A stretch of DNA of 64,000 nt from Podarcis vaucheri (taxonomy: Eukaryota): NCBI GenBank assembly GCA_965113315.1, contig OZ220371.1; one strand, given 5' to 3'. A program made the position numbers and the translations under genes. Each line of letters starts with the position of its first letter. Position 1 is the stretch's first letter. The notes under the pieces are model-generated. The model worked only from the letters and a program-made list of their open reading frames with translations. It did no database searches and was not told where the DNA came from. Positions 48,370 through 62,400 of this stretch are shown piece by piece.

Positions 48370-48775
48370 GCGGTATCAGGCCTTGGGCGGAATCCTTTTG
48401 TCCATCTTCCTCTTGCGGCGGCGATACCAGGGTTCCCCATTAAAGGGGTTTTCTGAAGGGAGGCTTTGGCCGTACACCGAAAGGTCGTCATTGCTCCCTC
48501 CTGCGGTGGCGGCGTTACGGGGGCGGCCATCTCTGCTTGAACATATGTTCTCCAGAGCCGGCCCATCCCCCCCCCACACACTGGATAACCCTGATGCTCC
48601 CTAGGTCCCCGGCTGGGGACCGGGGAGGGAGAACGCCCAATGCCTGAGCCAAGGTCTACCCACATTTGAAATTTAATAAAGTTGTGGCCAATTTAATCCC
48701 ATAGCACGTTGTCTTGAGTCGTTATTCACATGACGGGGGGACCGTGCAGGATCTGGGGACTCCACCTGTCCACGC
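48370..48775 (+). mobile_element. Isolated Ngaro B-type repeat flanked by a 78-bp direct duplication
   Basis: Begins GCGGTATCAGGCCTTGGGCGGAAT (cf. B start GCAGTTTAGGCCTTGGGCAGAAT of the 56.9-kb relic); contains AATAAAGTTGTGGCC; ends CCACGC|AA. Flanks 48292-48369 and 48776-48853 differ at 2 positions. Confidence 0.75.
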
Positions 48776-50660
48776 AATGTTGTTCTGTTCAGTTTCTGCA
48801 TTAATTGCATTTTTTTAATCCAAATGAAAATTGACACTTAAATATGTATATAAATACACATTTCTGCATTTATTTTCTGTCAATACATGCATTTTAGAAG
48901 CATCTTGATAAGTTCAAACTGCTGAGAAATGCATTGCAACATTTGGAGAAGTTCAAGCTATCTTTCAGTTTGCACTTTTAAGTTGAGCGATGCTGATCAG
49001 TCAAGCCAGGTTGTATCCAAATTTGGAAAGCTTGAACTCCTCAAGCCTCTGTAGGTAAACAATGACATCTGCATTGTTCACCAATGCCTGCTATGGGATG
49101 TTTTACTTAAGCCTTTCCTGTAATGTTGTTTAATAACATGTCCCTTGCCTATGACTTAAGACACACTGCTGTCCAGCTATTCTCGCCTGGCTCCCTCATT
49201 CCACATTTAATGAGATTGACTGCAGATGCAATCGAGAATTTATAATGAGCTCTGTGAATAATATAAATGAAGTAGCCAATGGCAGTTGTCCTGCTATTTC
49301 TAAATAGCTTTCCCAGGGATCCTCCTTGAAAAAAATTATATTCTTTAATAATTGAAAACAGGATAGCTAGAGCACTTATTACCTTTATTAATGCCTTTAT
49401 GAGATAAAAACAGATTTGTTTCAAGTCATTTCCACTTTCTGTAGCCCTCACATTAAGACCAACATGGTTATGGAATCCTGAGCATAAAAGTGTACAATCA
49501 ATTATGATGCTATAATTAATTAAAATGTAAGAGTTAAGCTGAACTTCTATGATCCTTAGTCGGATAGTATTTTAATAAGGATAAATATAGGCAGTATTAT
49601 CTTATTAATTTGTCAATGAAACCAGTTTTGCATGGATAACAGCTTTGCTAGGTGAATTTCATCAACAGTGTGTGTGTGTGTGTGTGTGCGCATGCGCATG
49701 TGTGTGTGTGTACATTCACAGTGAGGGGGAGAAACTTTAATGTGCAACATGCTGAATGTATCTATTAAGAGGCCATTGCCACAGCATGATCTTTCTGGTA
49801 TGGATTGATTCCTACAGAGACTTTTATGTAAATGGAGCAGAAAAAAGCACTCCAGGCCAACAATCTCATTTTTAAAAAGATTGTTTTACTTATAATTTTG
49901 AAAACCAATAAATAAACACACAAATAATAAGGAAAGCAACGCATGGAGGGCAACCATATGTAAATTTGTTTGGAAGTAGGTCCCTGTCTGGGATCAATGC
50001 GATTGTTTTCATGTTTCAGCCTAAATCAAAAGAAAAGAAACTTGCATCTGACGTCACATAAACATATCCTTATTATACCACTGACCATATGTCACTATGC
50101 AGTGCATCACATTGCCACATGGATTTTATTTGCTTAAGAGTGTTGGGTTGCAGGTCACAACTTGTCAAACTCTGACAATCGTTTACAGTGCAAGCAAACC
50201 TGTGCTGGAAAAACCCCCTCATAAAGTGTGAATGAGCCCTGTGGAGGTTATTAGAAGAAAAATAATAATATTTGTTTCTATATATTAAAGTTAGCTCTAA
50301 ACTGAAGTACAGCCACCCCCTGCCTCATGCTGGAGCCGCCATAGCAAAAGATTAATTTTTCAGGTTGAAACAATCCTTCCTGCGGCATGGCACAATGTGA
50401 TTATTCACAGTAAAATGCATTGTGAGAATGGCGACAAACCAGTGAACTGCTTGCCAACAAAGCCAACCTTTTGATCCCGATTCTATTCAAATCAGTTTTT
50501 TCCTGGCACACACAGGATACTGCAGCAATCTTGTGTTTTCTACCTGTCAAATGTTAAAACTGCTGTTGGGTGGTGCCAAGTTGCACAAATGCTTTTTCCT
50601 GTGCTTGGGTGAATTGGCCCTTGGCCGCTGGTCTCCAAGTATTAAATGGGAATAGTAGTA

Positions 50661-51023
50661 AAGGTAAAGGTAAAGGTACCCCTGCCCGTACGGGCCAGTC
50701 TTGCCAGACTCTAGGGTTGTGCGCCCATCTCACTCAAGAGGCCGGGGGCCAGCGCTGTCCGAAGACACTTCCGGGTCACGTGGCCAGCGTGACATCGCTG
50801 CTCTGGCGAACCAGAGCCGCACACGGAAACGCCGTTTACCTTCCCGCTTGTAAGTGGTCCCTATTTATCTACTTGCACCCGGGGGTGCTTTCGAACTGCT
50901 AGGTTGGCAGGCGCTGGGACCGAACGACGGGAGCGCACCCCGCCGCAGGGATTCGAACCGCCGACCTTTCGATCGGCAAGCCCTAGGCGCTGAGGCTTTT
51001 ACCCACAGCGCCACCTGCGTCCC
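50661..51023 (-). mobile_element. Sauria SINE, full length
   Basis: Closely similar to 23453-23816; 13-bp TSD GGGAATAGTAGTA at 50648-50660 and 51024-51036. Confidence 0.95.
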
Positions 51024-51264
51024 GGGAATAGTAGTAGCTTATCTCAAATGGTGCTTATATATGCCAGACACAATAAAGTTTGTTGAATGGAAGTTTATGC
51101 ACAATTATGGTCAACGTAGTTAAGATTAATATATATTTGTACTAAATAAAGTGCATAATATTACTACTGCAACACTGTTTAATACTAATATGTCATATTT
51201 TATATATTCATTTTACCATTGTGATCTCTAAAGGCTTTGAGGTGATACATCAGGGGAAAGTGGT

Positions 51265-51370
51265 GCTGTTCTCATGTTCTGTTTGCTTCCCAGATGCCTC
51301 TGGGATAACGGGATTTTGGACTAGATGGGCCTTTGGTCTGATCCAGCAGAGTTCTTCTTTAATTCTTATT
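51265..51370 (+). mobile_element. CR1 3' UTR relic
   Basis: GGACTAGATGGGCCTTTGGTCTGATCCAGCAG...TTCTTAT, reverse-similar to 10794-10870. Confidence 0.6.
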
Positions 51371-52814
51371 GCTTATGCTGTAGGCATTTGTAATAATCGT
51401 GCTTGAGAGTTTCACGGAAATGAGTGAAATAGATGTGTATCACTATTTGCTAGAATTAGATCTAGCGATTTACATCCATCAAAAGATTTGTTTTCCTTTT
51501 ATTATGCAGGATGTCAGTTTTGCAAGCATTGCTATGTCACTCCATTAAACTGCTGGCTTAGACATAACAAAAACCAAGCCGTTGTAATTGGTTCCACAAG
51601 CGTTCAATAGTATAATGAATATTTTTTCCCCCTAATGAGAGAAATTATCAGAAATGCAGATTTGAAAGTCTGCATTACTACATGTAAAAATGATGGCAGA
51701 GTGTAAAAAAGAGAGCAAAAGCTGTTGGGTGGCTAGAGAAGTACAGGAAAGCATTTTCATGTGATTGATTTCACAGTGTAAAGAGAGAGAGGGAAAGAAA
51801 CATACAGAGTGCAATTCATGAGTGTAACTCTTGCGCAGTATCTATTCACCTCTTGGATCTTGCCAAAGAGCAAAGAACAAAGGCTATAACTAAAATATAG
51901 GCTAAGTATTTGTGTAACAATACTGTTTCAGTACTGATATTTATTTAATTTGAGCATAGAATGGTTAATGGAAAATCTCCCATCCAAACACTGATCAGCT
52001 ACAAACCTACTTAGGTTGCATTTCCCTGACAGACAATTTCAGCATTATATTTGAGCTTTCACATGACATAAAAGCCACTTCTAGAAAACTAATGGAATAT
52101 AGTGCATGTTTAGTGTTCATTTCTTCAGTATCTGATTCCAGAAAAATCCATTTACAGCACCTTCAACCTGAAGAATCGTGGGAGTAAAATGACAAAATTC
52201 GGGGTGGTATACCAGCATGTAGTTCTTTCTTGCTGTTTTCATGAGGGAATCATGGGAGAACAAAACATGCAAAGGCAGAAAGTGTGTAGAGGGAGGAGTA
52301 CTGACATGATCCATTGAAGTTTGTTGTTGTGTCACACTACCCCTATTGGTGTGAATGAAATTCAGTGCCGGTACATTGGTCAAAAACTCACAATTCCATA
52401 ACACAACAGGTACTGTAGTGTGAAAGGAATGTTAGAAAATGGGACATAACCACTAGCCTCTAAAATTTCAGTGGCACCCTCTGCAACGCTAAAATTTGGT
52501 GCCCTATTATATTAGTGTTGGTGAACACTATCATCCCCATATAACTTTAGCCTTGCAGTGGGAAAGAATGTGCACAGCCCCAAAATTTGTCTGGCCCAAT
52601 TTAAGAAAATTTCCCAAACCAATCAGCCAACAACATATCCAGAATATTTTATCATTACAGGCTCAGTTAGTTATTACAAAGAAAAGTGACAAAAAGACTT
52701 GTTTTCTAGATACCTTTGTATTTAGTGCCTCTGGGATGAAGTATTTTTATATGAATTTTCTATACTCGTAATTGCTGAATTACGTTGAATTAAGCGAGTT
52801 TACCTATGAATAAC

Positions 52815-52949
52815 CAGCGCTTTTTCCAGGTGGAATTCACTGGAAGTCAGTTCCAGCACATCTCATGTGGGCAGCATTGTCATTGTAAGAGAACAAGGGA
52901 GGCCTTCATGGTGAGTTCTGGCTCCTCTTTTTCTAGAAAAATAGCACTG
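52815..52949. mobile_element. Small hAT-like MITE
   Basis: Imperfect TIRs CAGCGCTTTTTCC...GAAAAATAGCACTG. Confidence 0.5.
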
Positions 52950-55900
52950 TGAATAACTATTATGAGCCAGAATATCTGAAAGGAATTTGCTCTTGCCAGG
53001 GCCAGCTCTACCATTAGCTACAGTGAGATAGTCTGAAAAGCTGTTTGGGGCTCTCACGAAAGGATAGCAAATGGTTAGTTATCTAATTTGTTGTTGTTGT
53101 TTTTACGGCTAGTGCATGAGAGAAGTGCATGTTGGATTTTCTGCCTGAGGTGCTGAAATAACTTGACTAGTTTTGGGTATCATGTACTTTGACTTGGGCG
53201 AGGGGAGCGGGGATGCCGTTCGCTGCTCTTTCCCCAGCGGCAAAATGTCTTTCTTGTAGCAGTTGGCTGCTTGTTTTAAAAAAGGAAAAAGCAGGGCCAC
53301 GCATTTCTCCCTAGTCTAATATTTCCAGTCCCCCTCACCCCAGTGTAATGCAGTCTTGGCTGCATTAAAGGTGTTGAATAACTGCATTAACCTTGGTATG
53401 CTTTGGCAAAAGGACAGCAAATAAGAGGCAATAAATGTCTCCCACAGCACTGATAAACTCCAAGGGCAAAAAGCTAGTTGTTTATGAGGTTCAGAGGATA
53501 ATTTGGTCAAGAACATCTTTCACTTCAAATTATTGCCATTTTAATAATGGTGGAAGGTAATTTATGTAAATTATTTCAACAGCCCAGCTTTGGGTGGCTT
53601 TTTAGGGGTCTCAGCATTTTTGTATTGTTGGTTTGCGAACCAAATGGCTGAAATCCAAGATGCAAACGGTTACCTCCTGATTTCAAAGGATTTAATATAG
53701 AGGCATAGTTGTATAGCAATGGCCTACAGTCAAAAGCAGCACAACTGTGCTTTTGAGAACACTGGACTGTACTTGAATATCTAAGTCAGCTCAGTTGTGT
53801 ATTACAAAGCGAAGCTGTGAAATTTCATGGAACAAAGAGTGGATTTTGAACGGAACAGTTGGTTGGAGCAAGAACACGCTTAATCCATTGTCTTTCTGTC
53901 TGAAAGGCACACACACACACCTCTTTTCTAAATTTTAATTCTCAGCTTTCATTTTGAAAAAAGAAAGACAATCTTTTACTTGGTATGTTGTTTTGCTGCT
54001 GGTAAGAAGCCCCTCAGCTGGACTGAAGAGTGCAAAAATAAGTCAACCCTTTATTTAACTAAGATACGAGGGGAAATGGAGGGGCAAGATTATATCTAGT
54101 TGCTGTCTTGGCTTCTGATGTCTAGTTGTTGAATACAAAAGCCTTGGGATGAAGGGAAAGGACTTCTTTGATAATTATGTAGAGGGAGGAATTCCATTAC
54201 CATATGTTGGAATTTGGCAATAGTGGGTTTGACTCTGCATCAATGTGTGAGATGCCTGGCACTCTGACAGACATGTGTGTCTTTCTATGATGTCCCAATG
54301 AACACTGAGTGAGTGGGCTTGGGAAAACTTTTGAATGTTGACTTCTCAGACTCATCAGAGATCAGCTGCTATTGTCTGGTGCTGCCACTAGGCAAATCTG
54401 CCCTGGGAAGGCACTGAGGCAGGGAAGCCAACCAGAAGGCACTTGGCTGAGGGGCTCTTTTGAAGCTGGAGCTGGCCCCATCTTCACTGAAGGAAGACCC
54501 AAATTATGGGGGAAATCTGCAACCAAAACGACAACTTGCATTTACTGTACAAGTACATAAAGAGGTTAAGACACACAGACAGATGAATTCCTAGAGAAAA
54601 CAGCTCTGTCCTTTGAACGTCTGTGGCAGGAAACTTGGACAACGGTTTTTAAAATCCTTACTATTTCCTCCTTGCCTCAGATCTTTCTCTTTTTGGTTCA
54701 CCTGCTGATGCTGTGGTCCGAGGAAAATCCTTCTTCGCAAACTAGTCTTTGGTTTAGGGGGAACCCTGCCCATAAGAATGCCAATGGAATCTAAACAAAT
54801 GTCAGCTTCATAAAATGTATTTTCTGGAGTTCTACTCCCAATGCTTCATCTTACTCCATTAATCAGGAAACTTCCCTTTGTTGTGGCAAATAGCATTTTT
54901 TCAAAGCATATTAAATGCAAAGTCACATCTAAGGTAGCTTGTGAATGTGATTAGGTGCTGAAAATCCTTGAAAAGGTTCATAGAATTGTTTGGACTCTTG
55001 GTTTGTGACCCCTTGGGCAGAAAGGGGAAGAAGAGACAGATTGAGTGTGCAGACTCCACAGAATGTGAGTTGCTGACTGGAAGAATATACTGTGTTTATT
55101 ATCTGGTCAACTGTGCAGCCCTTTAAAGAGAAAAGAAAACTTAATCAAAGCTTGGGGTGCAGAATTTCAGCATTATTAGCCATCAATCTTAATAATATCT
55201 TAACTCCACTTTGTGCACAAATTTAATAATATGGATATTTTACAGTCTCTGGGAAGATTCACAAAACCAATTATAGAAATGTCAGAATTTCCATAGGAAG
55301 GTAACCTTCCTCTTAGCAGTGGCAAGGGAACAAAACAAACTGATAGTGATTAAAGTGTCACGATGTAATTGCATTTTCTTCCAAATAAACCATCACTTCC
55401 CAATAAATAATTAAAACAAGCGGTGTTCCTCAGGATGCAACAGTTCAGTAGCTGTGATTAAAAAGTGCTAGCAGGCATTATTAGATTTTTTTTATGATAA
55501 ATTTTCTCCCATTGTCAATTTGTCAGATTTTATTACCTGGGTGTTCTTTTGGGGTTTTATTCATTCAGGTTTAGCAGGAAAGAATAACTTTGTTCTTCTG
55601 CCAGACACTGTGATGAAATCTATATTCCGTGTTAATTTCACAAGTAAACTTTAGGTGTACTCGGTTCCAAGTGCTGCTGTACAAATCTAGACTTAGGAAT
55701 TATAATTAATTCTGCCAGTAGCCCAGCTTGTGTGAAATGTTAAGCCAAACCATGGCTAAATGTGAATGTGTGAGATACTCACAGCAGAAACTCGCCACTT
55801 TGTTCTTTTCCTGCTGCTACTACTTTACTACCTAGAGCTAAGTTGTAAAGTCATGGCTTTCCCTGGTCCATAAGCTTGAAACATGTTTTATGTCCTTGAA

Positions 55901-56450
55901 TCTACTGAATTTTTGTTTAATTTTCATGTGTAAAGCATGTGAAATATTCAAAGGATTCAGATGGTAATATGGATGCGGATGGGCTTTATTATTATTATTC
56001 TGTTGTGTCATCCAGCTTGTGGAATTCCCTAGAGAGATACAGTTGGCCTTCTCTAGAGCTAAGGCTGAGTTTTAAATATGGGTTAAGATTATTGTCTCCC
56101 TGTTTTCATGTAGAATTGCTTTGTTCTGCTCTTGACTATAATACACTGAAGTGGCATTGATTTTAATGCATCGAACTGCTTTTATCGGGTGTATGTATTT
56201 TGTAAGCTAATGTGAGTTTATTTATAGAGAGATGCGAGGAATACATTTTTAAAATGCCAAAATAGATATGGTAAGGTTCTGAACCACATATATACAGAGA
56301 TAGACTCAGCCTGTTTTCATTTTCTGATTTAGGGCCTGTGGGGTAGGATTTGCAGTCTGAACTTTCAAAGATGAAATAATGACAAGACAGTGCATGCAGA
56401 AATTACCCCATCTCCCTTTACCCTTAAAGGGCAAATTATATTTCAGTGCA

Positions 56451-57720
56451 TTATGTGCCTAGCCACAGAGTTGCCCTGCCTGATGTGCCTGACAGCTAAA
56501 TGAGTAAATGAATGGACACAACAACTGTCCAGGATTTAAAATGGCCACAACTTTATTGATTTCAGATGTAGGAAGCCTTGGCATAGACACTGGGGATCCC
56601 TCTCAGCCCCATGCTGGGGAACTGAGGCATGACAGGGTCTATTCGGGGGTGAATCCATCGCAAAATGCAGGTTTACACGGATGGGCCCCAAACACTGAAG
56701 GAAGCTCTATGGCCCGGTAGCCCTATGCAATGGGCTCTTTGGACAGAGACTTCCCTCCAGACCCCACTAGCGGGGTATCCTGTTGTTGCTGCTGCAGAGA
56801 ACAGGGAGTGGGTGAGTCATTGCTTCACCGCACCCCAACTAGATGAAAGACTATAGAATTCTGCCCAAGGCCTAAACTGCCACTCGAGACTGCCTACAGC
56901 TGGAACCACTCATTCAGGTCTATTACCCAATGCTCATTCCCCAAAGGGGAGAAATGGACACCATCAGGGTGAAATAGCTCAGGCATATCAGACTTGATGT
57001 CCTGGTATCAAATTACAGACTCCCGAAGACATTGCAAGGCCCTGTTGATCTTCACAAGGGAATAGTTAAGGTGTGTTGGTCTCAGTGCACCACACCTCTG
57101 ACAATGTGGGAAGAGCTCTGACCAGAAGATGCTCATAGATGGATACTCAGACCGCAGTTGTTCTGGGTCGGCAATTGCCGCCAGAGTCAAGTCCGCACTT
57201 TTACGCTTGACGAGGTCATTCTTGCCCAGTTGGAGGATCAGGGCATCAGGTGGGCTGTGACTGGTGATAGCTCTTTGGAGTGTAGGCAGAAGCGCATTCT
57301 ACCACATGTCGCGCTGACCTATCCAGAAGAAGTTGGCCTTGCTAGAAAGGCCCAGATGCGCTCCCCAGCATGTACAGGTAGCGTGCACACTTGCCCAATG
57401 GATGATACTGTGGTCAAGGACCCAAACCTGTCTGCGGGTAGTACCTGAAAGATATTTAAGAGGACTGTGTAAGGGACTGATATCCTAGGCGGACATATGT
57501 ATGCTCTGTCCACTGTGGAACGCCAGTGGCCCATGGCCTTAATGCAATCAGGATCCAGGCCCCTGGCTGCTGTAGAAATCACAGCCCCAATACAGAATGA
57601 GTGGCCAGAGAAGTAAATGGGCACCAACACATGCTGTGATGACCTTCCTCAAGATGGCCTGGGCAAGGGTAGCCTGTTAGAATGTACTGTATGAGAAGGG
57701 CGCCACAGTGGTCCAGCTGT
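56451..57720 (-). mobile_element. Degenerate 5'-truncated Ngaro relic (YR C-terminus, SGNH pseudogene 56894-57444, B repeat)
   Basis: Minus-strand peptides FSGHSFCIGA...MGHWRS...AY (YR) and VWVLDHSIIHWA, SIFWSEL, PDGVHFS (SGNH); AATAAAGTTGTGGCC near 56542-56556. Boundaries approximate. Confidence 0.85.
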
Positions 57721-58964
57721 GGAACTAGCTAGGAATCTGGAGGTCTAGCTCGGAATCTGGAGAAATGTGATTTTTTAAGGAATGGCTGTGTTTTGGTTCA
57801 CATACTGTTTTGAAAAGTGTGAATTGCTGAACTCAATTTCTTCCCCATCCCTACCTTTTACTATTATGATGTTTGCCTTCACTTTTACAAAGCCCTCTCC
57901 CTCTGCTGCAACAAGAGAGCACCTTGGGGCAGCTGTCTGCCAACCACCCTTACTTTCTTCCAGAAAACCTTCCTGGAACAATGCTATATAGTGTCATTCC
58001 TGAAAGGCATTCTGGGAGCAGGTGGCATGTATTTTAATATGCTGCCAGCTGTCCACCTCATCAAACTCTTTTATCTTGTTGCCATGGAGGGCTTGGTTTA
58101 TTCAGTAGCACTGGTTTTTAAATTATTGGCTGGTATATTTTGAAGTGCCCCTGTAGCCAGTGGCTTCATCTTTCATGGCTTGTACTGTGCAATTACACAT
58201 GCATAGAGATACACCACTTGTTATGTGCCTCTGTTAAGGGCAAGAAGTGAATTTGCTCTCCTCAGAAGGTCTTCTAAAATGTTGTTTTGATCCAAGCAAG
58301 CAAACTAAACAGATGCCGGTGATCAGTACTCACATTATAAGATATAAATGCTGATTCCTCCCCTTTTATGTCTTGTATTTAATGTAATAGAACAATAACA
58401 GCTGCTGTTCAGAGTATCACAGATCTGTTCTTTTGAGTGTAAAGGTTTGTAGTGCATTGATAGTGTACTAAGAATAGAACACGTATAGCTAATTGAGTGC
58501 ACAGCTCTTTCATCCCATGCATTATCGAGAAAGGTTATCATGGAGGCTGAGAGAGAGGCTGGCATTTCCTCCTCTGATAACTGACCTTACCAGCATGATC
58601 TAATTTTATTTATGGAACTATCATTCATGTCAAGTCAAAGATGGAAAAAAGCCCTTTTTAAGATGAAGCACGCTGGCTAACTACCAGCAGTTGTGGAATC
58701 ATAGGACTGCAAAGCTAGCTAGCAGACATCTGAAGGCTGTCTGATCCACCCAGATGCAATTAATAGTTTGGATAAGTTTAAAGACACTTGCGTGAAAGAA
58801 AATTGATGGTAAACCACTGGTTTTTCAACAGAGCCTTGCAAAGGAGCTGAGAGTTGTTTTAGAGATGGCTGTCAACTTCACATGTGTGGAGTTATCTGGA
58901 TGCTTCAGGGGAAGTCATGAATGTTAAACTGGTCAAGTGTACACATGAAGCTGGAAATGAGACA

Positions 58965-59128
58965 GATGGTTGGTTCCTCTAGTACTCTGACTAGCAGCAG
59001 TCCTTCAAAATCTCAAGGAATGATGTTTACCAGCCTTGCATTGTGAGCTGCTTTTCTTTTGAGATATCGGGACCTGATTCTTCTATGTGCAAAGCATGCG
59101 CTCTACGACTCAACTGTGCTCCCTTCCT
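58965..59128 (-). mobile_element. Degenerate tRNA-derived SINE (Squam3-like)
   Basis: Minus strand GGAAGGGAGCACAGTTGAGTCGTAGAGCGCATGCTTTGCACATAGAAG...GGTCCCGAT resembles a tRNA-type SINE head. Confidence 0.6.
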
Positions 59129-59202
59129 GGTTAATAGCTTTCCTGTTTATATGCTTCAAACTCACCAACATGGAAAAACAGAGGAAAACAACTATCCCTG
59201 TA

Positions 59203-59442
59203 CAGTGGTACCTTGGTTTAAGAACAGCTTAGTTTATGAACAACTTGGATTAAGGATGTTGCAAACTCGGAAGTGGTGTTTTGGTTTGTGAACATTGCCT
59301 TGGAAGAATAACATGTTCCACTTCCTACTGAGTGTAAATTGAGTCCCCCGCTGCGATGGGAAAGCACACCTTGATTTAAGAACGCTTTGGTTTAAGAACG
59401 GACTTCCAGAATGGATTAAGTTTGTAAACCAAGGTACCACTG
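59203..59442. mobile_element. Tc1/mariner MITE
   Basis: Perfect 18-bp TIR CAGTGGTACCTTGGTTTA; TA duplication at both ends. Confidence 0.9.
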
Positions 59443-62400
59443 TACTTCTATTCCATCAGTCTCCCTACTCTAGTACTGTTAATATAAGCAAAACTCTTAA
59501 GCTTGAAATAAATCGTTTAAGATCAACAGGACAAGTCTTTCTTTTATATGCCGATGACTCATAATCATCATTTTTCATGTGATAAGAATCCCATACCCCA
59601 ACTCCTTTGAAGATCTTCTCTGTATCTGATTATCTTTTGTGATGGCACTGCTGTAGTGTTGTGCTAACTTCTAAATGCATTGCTTTGACTGATTGCTAAT
59701 TTTGTCTTGTAATGAAACCTTGCAAGTGTTTATTCTGCTGTAAGGAAGCTCATCTCTTTTCAGTACTGAGGGTTTTGTCAACACAGTTTAATAGTCTGGG
59801 GAAAATGGGGAATATTCTGATTTGCAGGATGTCAAACTAATGATCTCTAAGCTTCCCTTGACTCTCAGATCTATAAATCTGCACCATGGTTTCAGATTTC
59901 TTCTCCAGCTATCTCTTGATAATCAAAACATCAAAGGTACTACTGCAGAAGAACCAGTAGTCCTGAAAGAGATTTTTTAAAATGTCCATATCTTTGCCTT
60001 ATTAGAGACCTGTAAATTTCATAGTTTTGTGCTATTATACTCAACAAGTAGGCTCTGAAAGACCACAGGAAATGATCTTTGCCATTTGAAAAATGAGAGT
60101 GAAATGCCTATGCTACTGCAGAGAAAAAGCAGCAAGATGTGGCGTGAAGCATTTTCAGTGTTTTTGAGTATTTCCGAAGAAAAAGATTGGTCCTTTCAAG
60201 AAATAAAAGAGCAGCTGGAGACAACTGAAGTGGGGAATTCATATTTCATGTGCCAAATTCAGGATGCATGAGTGGAAACAAAACAGTACAAAAATAACAA
60301 CAATAGTAACACCATGGTGCTTAAATGAGACTTGGATACGGTCTCATTTGGATACTAGCAGGTCCAAGGACACTTTATCCCATGCGCCTCAGTCACCAGG
60401 GCAAAAAATCTCATCATAAAAGTAATGGCTAGAGCAGCATCAAAGACTGTGTATCTTGCAATGGCAACAGCAGAGCGAAACACAAAATAACACATGCAGA
60501 AAGGGCACGGCTCAGTGCAACACACAGCTCAAGGTGAAAGATTGGGGCAAGGCGGGCAAAGAAACAGCAGTCTAGAAATGAGTCTCAGTGCTTCACAGAG
60601 TGCTTGGAAAAGAGCAGCTCTTCCCTTCTTGCTCTCAGAGGAGCAGGTGATCATTCATTTAGCCGAGAATGTTGATTGTACTTGCCAGTATGATGCTGGT
60701 GGGGAGTTATATGACAGTGTGCAGTTATAGTAGAAAAAATAGATATAGATAAACTAGCATAAAGTGTGATGACCAGGGAGTGGCGTCATGGCACCAAGGA
60801 TGGTATGCCCCAACTATCTGATACCCCAATGTTCATACGTTGAGCCTGAACAACTGAAGATGTCTGTGAACAGCTACTTGTGCATAGGGCCATCTCTTCA
60901 GATGCTGGTGCTTGATACACAGACATGTGGTGCAGTGCCACTTCTCCTGGTCATGTCGTGACCCCGCTTTATATGAGTAACATGTGATGAGGGTCATATT
61001 TTTAAGTAGAGAAGTATTCTAGGAGCTGGGCATCTAGTGAGTGATGTTGGCACCCTTGCTGATTGAGGGCAATCTACATATTCAGGAAAATCACATGCTA
61101 TGATCCTTTAGGCTTCTGTGAAGTGGAAAAACTGTTCAGCAAATGAAGGAGTTTATCTCTCAGAATTATCAAGTGCTGCCCTATATTTTACCCAAGAATA
61201 AAGTAAATTTGGATCCCGCACAGCCAGGACCAACATGATTAGTCTACAAACTCTCACACACCATAGTATATATAACTTAATCTTAAAATGTACAGTTCAT
61301 GGCTGCCATATATATTTAGAACAGGGTGGAGAACAAATTCATCAAAGAAAGCTCATACCATTTTGAAAACTACCTACCAACTATGCTATGCAAGAATCGT
61401 TATTTATTATTATCATTATGAATCTCTTTAGGTGCTAAATTTTAATCTCCTGTTGGAAAATCTGACATGTTCACCTGTTTTATCTACTAATGCTATCAGC
61501 ATGCCTACCTTGCACTTGGCATATTGACATTTAACGTAATATTTATAGGACTATCATTTGTACCCCTGAGGGAAGCATAACAGCTTGTAATTAGTTTAAG
61601 ATAACCAGGTTTCCCACCCACCCACCCGCCAGTCATTGCACCTATTGCACTTTCATCATTTATCAGCTGTCAGTGACAAAGTCTTGCATCAGCTGTCAAT
61701 AATATCAACAACAAATACATGTTGATAGGGAGACAAACTCACTTGATAATCTCAGCGATATAAAATCCATAAAAAGAGATGTTGGGTATACGGTGCAATG
61801 TTTTGTAAAAGGAAATTTCCGGCAGGCAAGTTTAAGAAAAATGTGATTGAGAAGAGAGCTAATGAGATTTGCATCTAGGCACAAGTCAAGTGAGAGTTGT
61901 ATTGTTAGATTGTGGTCCAAAGCATTGGAATGAACAAATTGCTAGGATATAAGACCCACTTTTCCTGCATGAAGGCAACTCAACCATGTTGTGCGACTTT
62001 TTGGTCCCATGGAGTTTTCCCAGTCTTGTATTCAGTGTCCATTATAAGTCTGAGCAGGGACGCCTGTGTGCTTACGCTCTGCATGATTTGGAACCCTACT
62101 TGAGAGCATAATATAGCATGTTACATATGAAGGGGGCTACTGCTTTTAAGTCATTGTGATGTGTTATCCTGAAGGTGTCCTCTAGAGGTATATGTTGCAA
62201 TGTGGGTGTGGGTAGCATGTGTTAATATCTATTTCAGCGAAACATTTTACTGTTCTGTAAACATTATATTTGGTGCTTTAATGCAAAACACTGTTCTACA
62301 TGCTGACTTCAACTAAGCAAAATTTTTCTATTCTTAACCCCCCAGGTGGGACTCGGTGGTTTCTACTCACTACTCCAAGTAATTAAAGTACAGTGAAATT

